Shown here: piece by piece, positions 9,700 to 19,183 of the stretch | Layout of the letters: the number at the start of each line of letters is the position of its first letter | Position numbering within the stretch: position 1 is the stretch's first letter | Source of the DNA: an uncultured Candidatus Methylacidiphilales bacterium | Lineage (GTDB): Bacteria; Verrucomicrobiota; Verrucomicrobiia; Methylacidiphilales; UBA1321 | Direction of reading: 5' to 3' | Length of the DNA: 41,819 bases | NCBI GenBank assembly: GCA_964657775.1 | Contig: CAZZWT010000001.1 | Location: forward strand, 7,453-49,271 | Position numbers and translations under genes: made by a program | The notes under the pieces: model-generated | What the model was told of the DNA's origin: nothing | Database searches by the model: none | What the model saw: only the letters and a program-made list of their open reading frames with translations

Positions 9700-10532
9700 A
9701 GGTCGCGTGCAGGTTCGTCGGCTTCAGCCTCATTCTGCTCGCCTTGACCAACACCCTGCCCGCGCAAACGCCTCCAGGATACAAGCTCGTCTGGTCCGAC
9801 GAATTCAGCCACGACCCGGATGGCTTGCCCGATCCGACAAAGTGGAACTATGAAGAGGGCTTCGTGCGCAACCACGAGTCGCAGTGGTACACGAAAGCCC
9901 GACTGGAAAACGCGCGCGTTGAAAGAGGTCGGCTTGTGATTGAAGGCCGTCAGGAGGAATACACGCCGCTTGGCCTCAAAGCGCCGGTAGCCCATTACAC
10001 GTCGGCCTCCTTGGAGACAATTGGCAAAGCAGACTGGACTTACGGCCGCATCGAAGTTCGCGCTCAGCTTCCCCTCGGAGCGGGCGTCTGGCCCGCCATT
10101 TGGACGCTTGGGACCAACATCACGGAGCCGGGCATCGGCTGGCCCCGCTGCGGAGAAATCGACATCATGGAGCTCGTCGGCAAGCAACCCGGAATCATCC
10201 ATGGCACGATTCACTATTTCGCGAGTGGAAAGCACGCATCGAAAGGCACACAGATCCCGATCGATCATCCTGAGCCGGAATACGGTCTTCACAACTATGC
10301 CGCCGAGTGGACACCGGATCGGATCGACCTTTTTATCGACGACAAAAAATATTTCAGCTTCGACACGAAGCTCGCCGACAACAACGGTCAGAATCCTTTT
10401 CACAAGCCGCAGTACCTCATTCTCAATCTCGCCCTCGGCGGCGACTGGGGCGGACCGATCGATGACTCGATTTTTCCGCAACGGATGACGGTCGATTACG
10501 TCCGCATCTACCAGAAACAGGAGCCCCACTAA
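9696..10532 (+). CDS. Secreted glycoside hydrolase family 16 (beta-glucanase-like)
   Basis: Signal peptide, LVWSDEF, GVWPAIW, catalytic EIDIME, FPQRMTVDYVRIY; GTG overlaps the upstream TGA. Confidence 0.93.
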   Translation: MKVACRFVGFSLILLALTNTLPAQTPPGYKLVWSDEFSHDPDGLPDPTKWNYEEGFVRNHESQWYTKARLENARVERGRLVIEGRQEEYTPLGLKAPVAHYTSASLETIGKADWTYGRIEVRAQLPLGAGVWPAIWTLGTNITEPGIGWPRCGEIDIMELVGKQPGIIHGTIHYFASGKHASKGTQIPIDHPEPEYGLHNYAAEWTPDRIDLFIDDKKYFSFDTKLADNNGQNPFHKPQYLILNLALGGDWGGPIDDSIFPQRMTVDYVRIYQKQEPH

Positions 10533-11611
10533 ACCCCTAGCGTCATCTGCCGCTCGTCGGCCCGGCGGAAGTGTTCGGTGCGGAGACCGCGGCTGCGCGC
10601 GCCGTAGCCGAGGCGTTCCCGAAAGACGTGGAACATTTGACCGATTTGTTCGGCGTAGGGGCCCTCCCCTTTCATGCGCGTGGCGAAGTCGCTGACGTTG
10701 AGTTTGCCCCCGCGCACTTCGCGCACGGTGCCGAGAATACGGTCGAGCTTCTCCGGAAAATTCGCTTTTAGCCATTCGGTGAAGACATCCTTCACACCGT
10801 AGGGCAGGCGCAGCATGGTGTAGCCGGCATTGGTCGCGCCGGCGGTGCGTGCGGCCTCGAGGACGGAGGGAATTTCCCGGTCGTTCAACCCCGGGATAAT
10901 GGGTGCGACGTTGACGCCGACGGGCACGCCCGCTTTGGCCAGCAGCTCGATCGCGCGCAGGCGATGGGTGGGGCTGCTTGCGCGCGGTTCCATCTTGGCG
11001 GCAAGGTCCGCGTTAAGTGTGGTGATGGAAATGGTGACATTGACCGCTTCAAACGCCGCGAGTTCCTTCAACAAATCGATGTCGCGTGTGATGAGAAAAT
11101 TCTTGGTAATGAGCGACACCGGATGACGGAATTCGGCCAGCACCTCCAGGCATGCGCGTGTGATGCGGAAATGGCGCTCGGCCGGCTGGTAACAATCGGT
11201 CACGCCGCTGATGGCGAGCGGCTCCGGCACATACTTGGGCTTGGAAAGTTCGCGCCGCAGCAATTCCGCCGCGCGTTTCTTGACCACGATCTTGGTCTCG
11301 AACTCGAGCCCGGCGGAAAAGCCGAGGTACTCGTGATAAGGCCGTGCATAACAATAGGCGCAGCCGTGCTCGCACCCGCGATAGGGATTGATTCCCGCGG
11401 AGAAACCGATGTCTGGGCTGTAGTTGCGCACGATGATCGAGTCGCTGTGATCGTCAAAGAACGAGGTCTTTGGGCTGGGCTGCGCTTCCATTTCCATACC
11501 CGGGTCGTGCTGAACAACATCGGGGTCGAGATCGAGTGCGAGCTTGTGGAACCGGTTCGGCAAATCCCGAACCGCGCCCCGTCCCGTGCGAGTTTTGGAG
11601 TGGAGCTGCAT
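10529..11611 (-). CDS. PA0069/Rv2578c-family radical SAM protein
   Basis: INPYRGCEHGCAYCYARPYH CxxxCxxC motif, TDCYQPAE, APIIPGLND. Confidence 0.92.
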   Translation of the reverse strand: MQLHSKTRTGRGAVRDLPNRFHKLALDLDPDVVQHDPGMEMEAQPSPKTSFFDDHSDSIIVRNYSPDIGFSAGINPYRGCEHGCAYCYARPYHEYLGFSAGLEFETKIVVKKRAAELLRRELSKPKYVPEPLAISGVTDCYQPAERHFRITRACLEVLAEFRHPVSLITKNFLITRDIDLLKELAAFEAVNVTISITTLNADLAAKMEPRASSPTHRLRAIELLAKAGVPVGVNVAPIIPGLNDREIPSVLEAARTAGATNAGYTMLRLPYGVKDVFTEWLKANFPEKLDRILGTVREVRGGKLNVSDFATRMKGEGPYAEQIGQMFHVFRERLGYGARSRGLRTEHFRRADERQMTLGV

Positions 11612-11678
11612 GCCGCTACTATACAATGGTATAATACGGATGCAAATTGATTCCTCCAAGCTCTAGCGTTAGCCTCCA

Positions 11679-12167
11679 ATGAAAATGAACGTGGACGCCA
11701 TTCTCAAGTCTTTCGCCGACCACGCTGTCGATGCGATTTTGATCGGCGGAATGAACTACCTTCTGCGGCATCAACCCATTCTGACCTATGACGTCGATTT
11801 CTGGGTGAAAGATACCGACGAGAATCTCGCCCGCGTGGCCGCTGCCCTCCGCGATCTGGGAGCTTCCTGGGGCCGCGACGATGCCTCGTGGAAGCCGGTG
11901 CCCGAGGGATTTGAGTGGCTACACGCCCAGCCCGTATTTTGCGTGAGCTCAGCTCAGGGTCCTATCGATATTTTTCGCGAAGTGGCGGGCCTTGAAGGTC
12001 AGTATGACAACTGCCGGTCCCGCAGCAGTGAGCGCCACACCGCGACAGGATTTCCTTATGTGAGTCTCTCAAATCAGGATATGCTGGCCTGCCAAATGGC
12101 GTTGCCTGAAGGCTTGCGGCGCCTTGACCGCGTTACCTATCTCGAGAATCTTCTAAAGCAACCATGA
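11679..12167 (+). CDS. Minimal nucleotidyltransferase-fold protein
   Basis: ILIGG...TYDVDFW (GG...DxD) and a third acidic strand GPIDIF. Confidence 0.78.
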   Translation: MKMNVDAILKSFADHAVDAILIGGMNYLLRHQPILTYDVDFWVKDTDENLARVAAALRDLGASWGRDDASWKPVPEGFEWLHAQPVFCVSSAQGPIDIFREVAGLEGQYDNCRSRSSERHTATGFPYVSLSNQDMLACQMALPEGLRRLDRVTYLENLLKQP

Positions 12168-12352
12168 CCCACGAGGAGAAACAACGCGAGGAAGCCAAGC
12201 GCGAGCGCATGTACGATCCCGTGCTGCGGTGGAAGCATATCCAGGAAACGATTACGTGGGCTGAGGCCAACATGCCGGAGCATCTGCGGCGCAATCGGCC
12301 CCGTATGCCCAAGTCACTCGTCGTTGCGGCGGCGTCAACGACTCAACCCTGA
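12164..12352 (+). CDS. Small hypothetical protein coupled to the nucleotidyltransferase
   Basis: ATGA overlap with the upstream stop; 62 aa, charged and helical. Confidence 0.7.
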   Translation: MTHEEKQREEAKRERMYDPVLRWKHIQETITWAEANMPEHLRRNRPRMPKSLVVAAASTTQP

Positions 12353-12738
12353 TACTCCGCGTCGCTCACGTGCTCGAGCCAATCGACGGCTTTGCCGTCG
12401 AGCCGTTCCTGGATCGCGAGGTGGGTCATCGCCGTGGTGGCGGAGGCGCCGTGCCAGTGTTTCTCGCCGGGGGCGAACCAGACCACATCGCCGGGGCGGA
12501 TCTCCTCGACCGCGCCGCCCTCGCGCTGGGCGCGGCCGAAGCCGGCGGTGACGACCAGCGTCTGCCCCAGCGGATGGGTGTGCCAGGCGGTGCGCGCGCC
12601 GGGCTCGAAGGTGACGCTTGCGCCCGCCACGCGCGCGGGTGACTCGGGCTGGAAAAGGTGTTCAATCCGAACGGTGCCCGTGAACCATTCCGCCGGGCCT
12701 TTGTTGGAGGGTTGGGAGCCTGCTCGTTTGATGTCCAT
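12343..12738 (-). CDS. Cupin domain protein
   Basis: [43 protein letters not shown] motifs; 3' part of the 509-aa track ORF. Confidence 0.92.
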   Translation of the reverse strand: MDIKRAGSQPSNKGPAEWFTGTVRIEHLFQPESPARVAGASVTFEPGARTAWHTHPLGQTLVVTAGFGRAQREGGAVEEIRPGDVVWFAPGEKHWHGASATTAMTHLAIQERLDGKAVDWLEHVSDAEYQG

Positions 12739-13128
12739 AGGCTGAGACTTTACCCCATTCACGCGGTTCGCGCTGAGTTCTTTGCGCGGAAAGAACCCGG
12801 TCGCCGTCACGCGGTGAACCGGCGCTCGCACCGCCACGCGGAGACTGGTGGGACGCGCGAAGATGAGCGGCTTTCTGTTTTTGGATTCCGGTACCTCACT
12901 CATCGCCTTCAGCAGCCTGAGAAAATTTTCGTCCGGTACGTCTTGTAAGAGCACTTCGGGCATGGTTGCTGTCATCCTTGAAATCCCTCGTCCCGTACGG
13001 GACAAAATGTATGCGAAACTTTGCGGTCGAATGGAACCCATCCGTAGACCGGCGGGTTGCGCGCCCGGCCGCACTTTGATAAAGTGTGTGTGGTCGATGG
13101 CGGCGTCATTGGCGGGAATGCAAAATCC

Positions 13129-13821
13129 ATGAACTCGAATCACACGCGGCTCGTCGTGGGCATGACCGCTTTCCTTCTCGGCGTTTCTTTCGCTGCCGCC
13201 CGTGCGACCGACTGGAAAACCTCGGACGGCAAAACTTACGAGGACGTGAAGTTGATTCACCTCGATGAGGACAGCGTGACCATTCTCGACAAGGAGGGCG
13301 GCGCACGGATTCCGCTCGCCAAGCTCACGCCCGATTTGCAGAAGCGTTTTGGTTACGATCCCGAACTGGCCAAAGCCGCGGCCGACGCCCGCGCGAAGGC
13401 CGCCGCGCTGGATGCCAAGGCGCTGCAGGCCGAGATGGACGAGGCCTCGCAGCTGCACCAGGCGGGAAAGGAACCCGCAGTCGCCGCGGCCACGTCCGAA
13501 GATCCCACAGGCCCGGTGTCGGCGAAGGCACCGCAGGAAAACACCGCACCCGCCCCAGGCAGCGGCACTCATCATTTCATGGACGAGATCGCGGCTTCGG
13601 CGGCAGGTAACGCGGCGGGGGCGGTCGATGCCTCGCACCACTCGATCGATGAGGCGACCCAATCCGCCGGCGCGATGCGCCGCGACTTGGGCGATCCCAC
13701 TTATCACACCATGGCGCATCTGTTTTACACGGTGCGCACCACCGGCTTGGGGCCTGATACGAGCGATACGACGCATCACACGATCAGTGAGGCGACCCAG
13801 GCGGCGACAAGCCAAAAATAG
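13129..13821 (+). CDS. Exported protein with SHD1-like domain and His-His repeat tail
   Basis: Signal peptide; [13 protein letters not shown]...[18 protein letters not shown]; C-terminal [25 protein letters not shown] repeats. Confidence 0.75.
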   Translation: MNSNHTRLVVGMTAFLLGVSFAAARATDWKTSDGKTYEDVKLIHLDEDSVTILDKEGGARIPLAKLTPDLQKRFGYDPELAKAAADARAKAAALDAKALQAEMDEASQLHQAGKEPAVAAATSEDPTGPVSAKAPQENTAPAPGSGTHHFMDEIAASAAGNAAGAVDASHHSIDEATQSAGAMRRDLGDPTYHTMAHLFYTVRTTGLGPDTSDTTHHTISEATQAATSQK

Positions 13822-13829
13822 GCCGGGCG

Positions 13830-14249
13830 TTAAAGCGGTCGTTTGAAAGGATTCAGCACTTTCACGCCGCAATGGCGAAAATCCTTTTCGTTGCCGGTGA
13901 CGATGGTCAGCCCGTGTCTGCGAGCCGTCGCCGCAATGTAGCTATCCTCTACCGGCATGGTAAATCCTTTCTGAGCCATGCTTTGCCGTTGCTCCGCCCA
14001 GACGTGAGCGACGGAGATATTGAAGGAAAGGATGCGCCCCTCAAAAGAATCCATCAACCGGGTCAGCCAGGCTTGATGCGCCGCGCGCTGCCTTCCTTCT
14101 CGCGTGCGAACCCAAAACGCAATTTGGCCAAGCGCAACCGTGCTGACGTAGCAGTCCAAGCTGTTCTCCTCCAGCCACGCGATGACGTTTGGATCTCCGA
14201 CTTTCTTAGCAGGCTGACTCAGGACGTCTGCATCACAGAGCCAACTCAT
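13830..14249 (-). CDS. vapC: VapC-family PIN-domain toxin
   Basis: [38 protein letters not shown]. Confidence 0.9.
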   Translation of the reverse strand: MSWLCDADVLSQPAKKVGDPNVIAWLEENSLDCYVSTVALGQIAFWVRTREGRQRAAHQAWLTRLMDSFEGRILSFNISVAHVWAEQRQSMAQKGFTMPVEDSYIAATARRHGLTIVTGNEKDFRHCGVKVLNPFKRPL

Positions 14250-14479
14250 AACTTGAGTTTTTTGGGCAGTTCTCGGCTGCGAGCCGGAAGATCCTCCATG
14301 GAGGAAGGACACTGCTTCAGCACATCGAGCCAATTCTCTTTGCGCTTAACCCGTTTGAAGATGATTCTATCTTCTTCTTCATCGTAATGGGCCTCGAAAT
14401 ATTCGCCCTGTCGTGTGGGCGTCAATTTATTGGGGATCGTCACTCGATGTTTGCTGTCGACTTTTAGCATCATAACCAT
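14246..14479 (-). CDS. AbrB/MazE-family antitoxin
   Basis: KVDSKHRVTIP...IIFKR swapped-hairpin signature; ATGA overlap with the toxin. Confidence 0.85.
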   Translation of the reverse strand: MVMMLKVDSKHRVTIPNKLTPTRQGEYFEAHYDEEEDRIIFKRVKRKENWLDVLKQCPSSMEDLPARSRELPKKLKL

Positions 14480-14480
14480 G

Positions 14481-14532
14481 GTGGGATCGTCCCACTTAAG
14501 GCGATTTTTGTCAATTGGTGGGACGATCCCAC
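14481..14532 (-). promoter_or_regulatory. Sigma70 promoter flanked by two palindromic operators
   Basis: GTGGGA-N3-TCCCAC at 14481-14495 and 14518-14532; minus-strand TTGACA (14514-14509), 17 nt, GACGAT, 6 nt, ATG. Confidence 0.75.
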
Positions 14533-14540
14533 TTCGTGTC

Positions 14541-14888
14541 CTATCCCAATCCCCTCTCCTCCAAATCGCCTTCATCCCAGCCTAGGTGATGGCCCAGCTC
14601 GTGCAGATAGGTGACGCGCACTTCCTCGGCGAAATCTTCTCCTTCCTCCACGCAGAGGTCGTCGATCGTGGCCAGATAGAGAATGATGGGGCCCTTCGCC
14701 TCGCCAATCTCGTCCGGGGTGAAGTGGCCATAGGTGCCCAGGATGTCGGGGTCGTCTTCGCAGACTTTCTCGAAAAGCACCGGCACCTGGCGCGCCTCGG
14801 CCATGATTTCCTCGGGAAGGGCGGTGATGGCTTCCTCGACGACGGCGGCGGCTTTGGCCTTGAGGGCTTCCCAGAGGGCAGGGGTCAT
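14541..14888 (-). CDS. Zincin-like metallopeptidase (DUF1025-type)
   Basis: ILGTY, IILY, EEVRVTYLHELGHHLG HExxH motif. Confidence 0.88.
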   Translation of the reverse strand: MTPALWEALKAKAAAVVEEAITALPEEIMAEARQVPVLFEKVCEDDPDILGTYGHFTPDEIGEAKGPIILYLATIDDLCVEEGEDFAEEVRVTYLHELGHHLGWDEGDLEERGLG

Positions 14889-14910
14889 AGGCCGATCGTA
14901 TAATGATCGG

Positions 14911-14942
14911 CGGTAGGGACGCGAGTCTCTTCGTCCCTACCG
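14911..14942. repeat. GTAG-initiated hairpin at the mnmG stop (REP-like or terminator)
   Basis: CGGTAGGGACG-N10-CGTCCCTACCG perfect 11-bp stem. Confidence 0.6.
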
Positions 14943-16814
14943 TTTCTGGAGAAGGGTGGCCGACTTACCCCGTTTCGTATGCACCTGCAGTAGAGCCACA
15001 TCGGTGGGATTAATACCAGAAATACGCGCGGCTTGGCCGAAAGTTCGGGGCTGAATGGTCTTGAGCTTGATGCGCGCCTCAGCTTTGAGGCCGGGCACGG
15101 TGTCGAAATCCATCCACTCGGGGATCGTCCGGTCCTCTTCAAGGCGGTTGCGGTCAATGTGGGCCTGCTCGCGCTTGAGGTAGCCTTCGTATTTGATCTC
15201 GGTTTCGAGCTGCGAAGCGACCTCCGCATCGACGACCGCGAATGGCGAGGGAAGATTCTCCCATGCCGTATCCGGTCGCTTAAGGAGATGCGCCCACGAC
15301 TGCCCCTCGTGCTTGGTCGTCTGGAGGAGGTGCCGCGTCTCCGCGAGGGCCTGCTGTTTAGCGCGCAGCTTTGCCGCCCTCGCGGGACTGGCCAAGCCCA
15401 TTTCAATCCCGATCTCGGTTAAACGCAGATCGGCGTTGTCGTGGCGGAGCGAAAGTCGGTGCTCCGCGCGCGACGTGAACATGCGGTACGGTTCGTCGGT
15501 TCCCTTGGTCACGAGGTCATCGATCAGCACGCCAATGTAGGCTTGGTCGCGGCGCAGGATCAGCGGTGCCTTGTCCTGAACCTGGCGCGCGGCGTTGATC
15601 CCAGCGATGAGCCCCTGCCCGGCCGCTTCCTCATAACCGGACGTTCCGTTGAGCTGCCCGGCAAAGAAAAGTCCGCCGACCCGCTTGGTTTCCAACGAGG
15701 GCTGAAGCTGGGTCGGCGGGCTGAAATCGTATTCGACCGCATACCCTGCCCGCATGATCTCGGCGTTCTTGAGGCCCGGGACCGACCGAATGAACGCAAG
15801 CTGGACCTCGAAGGGCAGACTGGTCGAGCAGCCGTTGATATAGTATTCGTCCGTGTGGCGGCCCTCCGGCTCCAGGAAAAGCTGGTGCCTCTCTTTGTCA
15901 GCGAAGCGGACGACTTTATCTTCCAACGAGGGGCAATAGCGAGGGCCGATGCCTTCGATGCGCCCACAATAAAGCGGCGACTTGTCGAGATTCGAGCGCA
16001 CAATCTCATGCGTAGCGGCGGTCGTGTAAGTAATGGCGCAGGCCAGTTGTTCCACGTGGAACATCCCGTCGCGCCACTCATTCAAAGTAAAGATGTCGTC
16101 GCGGTTCTTGTGCAGGGTATCGGCCAAATAGCTAAAGGGGCGGGGAGGGCGGTCGCCCTCCTGCAGGTCCATCTTGGAAAAATCGATGCTTTTCTTCAGC
16201 AGCCGGGGAGGCGTGCCGGTCTTGAGGCGCTTGAGCTCGAAGCCCAGTTTGAGCAGAGAGGCGGAGAGACCGCTGGCGGTATCGCCCATCCTCCCGCCTG
16301 GAGTATTGCGCAGCCCGACGTGCATGAGGCCCTGAAGAAAGGTGCCGGTGGTGACGATCACCGTCCGGCTGCGGAAGGTGACGCCAAGCTGCGTGCTAAC
16401 GCCAGTGACCCGGTCGTTTTCAACCAGAATCTCCGCGATATGGCCTTGCTTGATGTCGAGCCGCTCCTGCCTTTCGCAAGTGGCCTTGAGTCGGAATTGG
16501 TACGCCTTCTTATCGCACTGGGCGCGCGGCCCGCGAACACTAGCGCCCTTGGACGCATTGAGCATACGGAACTGGACGCCCGTCGCATCGGTGTTCATCC
16601 CCATCTCACCGCCGAGCGCATCGATCTCGCGAACGATCTGCCCCTTGGCTAAACCGCCGATCGCCGGGTTGCATGACATCTGACCGATCGTGTCCAGATT
16701 CATCGTCAACAGCAGCGTATCGCATCCCATGCGCGACGCCGCCAGTGCCGCTTCGACGCCGGCATGGCCCGCTCCAATGACAACGACGTCATACCGCTTG
16801 GGATATTCAAACAT
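14937..16814 (-). CDS. mnmG: tRNA uridine-5-carboxymethylaminomethyl(34) synthesis enzyme MnmG
   Basis: GAGHAGVEAA, MSCNPAIGGLAKG, RLKTGTPPR, GPRYCPSLEDK, GTSGYEEAAGQG, EPYRMFTSRAE. Confidence 0.98.
   Translation of the reverse strand: MFEYPKRYDVVVIGAGHAGVEAALAASRMGCDTLLLTMNLDTIGQMSCNPAIGGLAKGQIVREIDALGGEMGMNTDATGVQFRMLNASKGASVRGPRAQCDKKAYQFRLKATCERQERLDIKQGHIAEILVENDRVTGVSTQLGVTFRSRTVIVTTGTFLQGLMHVGLRNTPGGRMGDTASGLSASLLKLGFELKRLKTGTPPRLLKKSIDFSKMDLQEGDRPPRPFSYLADTLHKNRDDIFTLNEWRDGMFHVEQLACAITYTTAATHEIVRSNLDKSPLYCGRIEGIGPRYCPSLEDKVVRFADKERHQLFLEPEGRHTDEYYINGCSTSLPFEVQLAFIRSVPGLKNAEIMRAGYAVEYDFSPPTQLQPSLETKRVGGLFFAGQLNGTSGYEEAAGQGLIAGINAARQVQDKAPLILRRDQAYIGVLIDDLVTKGTDEPYRMFTSRAEHRLSLRHDNADLRLTEIGIEMGLASPARAAKLRAKQQALAETRHLLQTTKHEGQSWAHLLKRPDTAWENLPSPFAVVDAEVASQLETEIKYEGYLKREQAHIDRNRLEEDRTIPEWMDFDTVPGLKAEARIKLKTIQPRTFGQAARISGINPTDVALLQVHTKRGKSATLLQKR
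16048..16063. promoter_or_regulatory. parS centromere-like site inside mnmG
   Basis: Perfect palindrome TGTTCCACGTGGAACA matching the established parS consensus; reads as MFHVEQ in MnmG. Confidence 0.85.
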
Positions 16815-16919
16815 AAGGAGGCAGAAGATACCTCACCCTCCGCTCTCCGACAAGCAGGGAGGGATCGCCTTGATGCGGCAAGCGAACGGCGTTATCCCGC
16901 TCTTTTTGCGGCTGACTGC

Positions 16920-17102
16920 CTACCTCGGTGAATCGGGCTCGATCTCCGGCTCCACTTCCGGCGGTGCTTTCGCGACCTTGGGCACGCTCCATATCCGGCC
17001 ATCCAAAAGATGATCGTCGCCATTGGCGTACACCAATCGCGGGAGGCTCAGGCGAATGCGCCGAGAGGATTTACAGAGAATCGGCTTGCGTATCTCGTTC
17101 AT
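16920..17102 (-). CDS. Small hypothetical protein
   Basis: 60-aa ORF co-oriented with neighbours, 18 nt after the upstream ORF; no motif recognised. Confidence 0.4.
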   Translation of the reverse strand: MNEIRKPILCKSSRRIRLSLPRLVYANGDDHLLDGRIWSVPKVAKAPPEVEPEIEPDSPR

Positions 17103-17120
17103 ATTTATGTGGTTGTGTTA

Positions 17121-17393
17121 CTAGCCCGAATGATTGGCGCCTTCGATCCAGATTTCTGACCAATTCGGAGCTGAAGTCGCGCGGGATTCGGAAGAACGGC
17201 CCATTCGCTCGGCAAGTTTTTCCAGTCGCCGGGCATTGTTTGCCAGACAAAAGTCACGAATGGGTTCGTTGCTTTTGAGCCGCTTAAAGAAAATCGCCCA
17301 CTCCACGCCAAGCGCAAATGCCTCTTGTGGAGACACCTTCTCCAATCCACGGTCATCGAAGTCCAAGCAGCCGGTCAAATCCTGAGTTTGCAT
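17121..17393 (-). CDS. Small hypothetical protein
   Basis: 90-aa ORF (MQTQDLTGCLDFDD...) preceded by a sigma54-like motif. Confidence 0.55.
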   Translation of the reverse strand: MQTQDLTGCLDFDDRGLEKVSPQEAFALGVEWAIFFKRLKSNEPIRDFCLANNARRLEKLAERMGRSSESRATSAPNWSEIWIEGANHSG

Positions 17394-17404
17394 ACCCTCT
17401 AAAA

Positions 17405-17420
17405 AGCAGAATCGAGACCA
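17405..17420 (-). promoter_or_regulatory. Sigma54 -24/-12-like promoter
   Basis: TGGTCTC-GATT-CTGCT (GG-N10-GC); ATG 13 nt after the C. Confidence 0.55.
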
Positions 17421-17548
17421 AACCGTTTCCGCGGTAGCCACCGCAGGGAAAGTGGAAGGTGCCTCCAGCGCATCGCCGCGAGGGCCCGCGGCGGCGATCT
17501 CGGAATGTTCGTCCCCAGCATACGTTGACGCGTAGTATAGTCGTCACC

Positions 17549-17980
17549 ATGATCCGCATCCTCCGCACCGTCACGCGCCTACTTCTCGCGGCGCTCTTTC
17601 TCCTGGCCGGCACCGTGCACTTGCGTAGCCCTGAGCTCTTCCTGCAGGTCATGCCGCCATCGATTCCGTGGCCGCGGGCCTGCATTCTCATCAGCGGCGT
17701 GGCGGAGCTTCTGGGCGGCGCGGGCCTGCTCATTCCGCTGCGTCCGGTTCAGCTACTCAGTGGCTGGGGATTGACGCTCCTCCTCCTGGCTGTCTTCCCG
17801 GCCAACATCTACATGGCGGTCGATGACGTGCGGGTCAATGGCCACGAAATCCCCGCCTGGCTCCTCTGGCTGCGGTTGCCACTTCAGCCACTTTTCATGG
17901 CGGGCGTGCTGTGGGTGACGGGAGCTTGGCCCGCAAATTGCAGTAAAAGGCAAGACAGCGAAACGACCCCACCCATGTAA
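17549..17980 (+). CDS. DoxX-like membrane protein
   Basis: FLLAGTVH, MPP, SGVAELLGG, VFPANIYMA, LRLPLQ motifs. Confidence 0.85.
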   Translation: MIRILRTVTRLLLAALFLLAGTVHLRSPELFLQVMPPSIPWPRACILISGVAELLGGAGLLIPLRPVQLLSGWGLTLLLLAVFPANIYMAVDDVRVNGHEIPAWLLWLRLPLQPLFMAGVLWVTGAWPANCSKRQDSETTPPM

Positions 17981-18042
17981 AACCCCGAGTCCCTCATGAA
18001 CCGTCCCAACATCTTCTCACACCGGCCTCCCTCCTCGACCAT

Positions 18043-18267
18043 TCACCTCTTGAGCGACCCGTTTCCGGAGCGGCTCAACGGTACCACCAGCCTTTTCAGC
18101 CGGGCGGAATCGCTTTCCTCGCAGCGGGAATTTATTGCCGCTTCCTCCTCCCAACGCATCCGCGTGGTGACGGCGGCAAAAAAATAATCAAGCGTTGCCC
18201 GCGCAGCTGGAGCAGCGGGGGATCCATGACCGTAGGCTGATGTCTCAAAGGCGAGACTTTCCCTCAT
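18043..18267 (-). CDS. Possible small hypothetical protein
   Basis: 74-aa ATG ORF filling the gap; no recognisable motif. Confidence 0.3.
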   Translation of the reverse strand: MRESLAFETSAYGHGSPAAPAARATLDYFFAAVTTRMRWEEEAAINSRCEESDSARLKRLVVPLSRSGNGSLKR

Positions 18268-18360
18268 TCGACAATTCCAACAAATCCGTAATCCCGTCGA
18301 ATCGGCGAACTCGCATTATTTGAATTGCCCGCTCGCACACGCGCGCACGGTGGGTAGGTT

Positions 18361-19029
18361 GTGTACTTGAAGCATTATCTCGGCATCTGCCTGGTCCTGA
18401 TCACCGTGGCGGCGATCGCGTTGTTCGCGCTGCACAGTTGCACTGCAGCGGTCAATGAGTCGGTCGATCACGTGCGCGATGCGTTCAAGGATGTGCTCCA
18501 CCTGCAACCGCAGGTCACCGTCAACCAGCGCGTCGTGCTCACGCAGACCGCTCCGATCGCGGAGCTGGCTGTCGTCACGAAGGAGGAGCTGGTCTCCCTT
18601 GGCTTCAACGAACACTTGGAGGTGCTGGCGATTCAGATTCCGCTCACCGAGAAAAAGCTCACCGCCGAGGCCACCTACCGCCTCAAGGCCGGCTTCGATT
18701 TGAGCCAGCCCTTTTCCGTAAGCATTGACCCGGCCACGCGCGGGGTCCACGCCGCTCTTCCTCACGCGAAAATTCTGTCCGTCGAGCAGGTGGGGGACAT
18801 CACCTACCACGGCGAGGACGCCACGCTCAATCGCGTGACAGACAGTGACCGCACTGAAATTCTTAACAGTTTACATCAAGCCGCGCTCCAAGCGGCCGAG
18901 GATTCTCAGTTGAAGCACGATGCGGAAAAGCAGGTCACCCAACGTCTGAACGAATTGATCCAGCACAATGGGCAGAATCTGCAGATTGAGTGGAGCGAAG
19001 GAAAAAACCTCCCGCTCTCCCAGCCATAA
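18361..19029 (+). CDS. DUF4230-like protein
   Basis: N-terminal TM, IAELAVV, LKAGFDLS, LPHAKILSVE pattern. Confidence 0.75.
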   Translation: MYLKHYLGICLVLITVAAIALFALHSCTAAVNESVDHVRDAFKDVLHLQPQVTVNQRVVLTQTAPIAELAVVTKEELVSLGFNEHLEVLAIQIPLTEKKLTAEATYRLKAGFDLSQPFSVSIDPATRGVHAALPHAKILSVEQVGDITYHGEDATLNRVTDSDRTEILNSLHQAALQAAEDSQLKHDAEKQVTQRLNELIQHNGQNLQIEWSEGKNLPLSQP

Positions 19030-19183
19030 ATACACTTGTACATACGAATCTGCGATTACAAGTTAGAAGGGCGATGATAATAATACCGACATTCTCATCA
19101 TTAAATAATATATCTATAACATTGTGTTTTCCCACCAATCAGAATACAATTGTCTAACCAAGGCTGGCCCAAATAGGAAAATA

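Noticed and set aside
8752-11611. Complete AmmeMemoRadiSam system
   Set aside because: The radical SAM gene is PA0069-type and convergent, and no AMMECR1 gene is present
12343-13872. 509-aa minus-strand ORF as a single gene
   Set aside because: Only the last 131 aa are a cupin; the N-terminal part is antisense to the exported protein at 13129-13821
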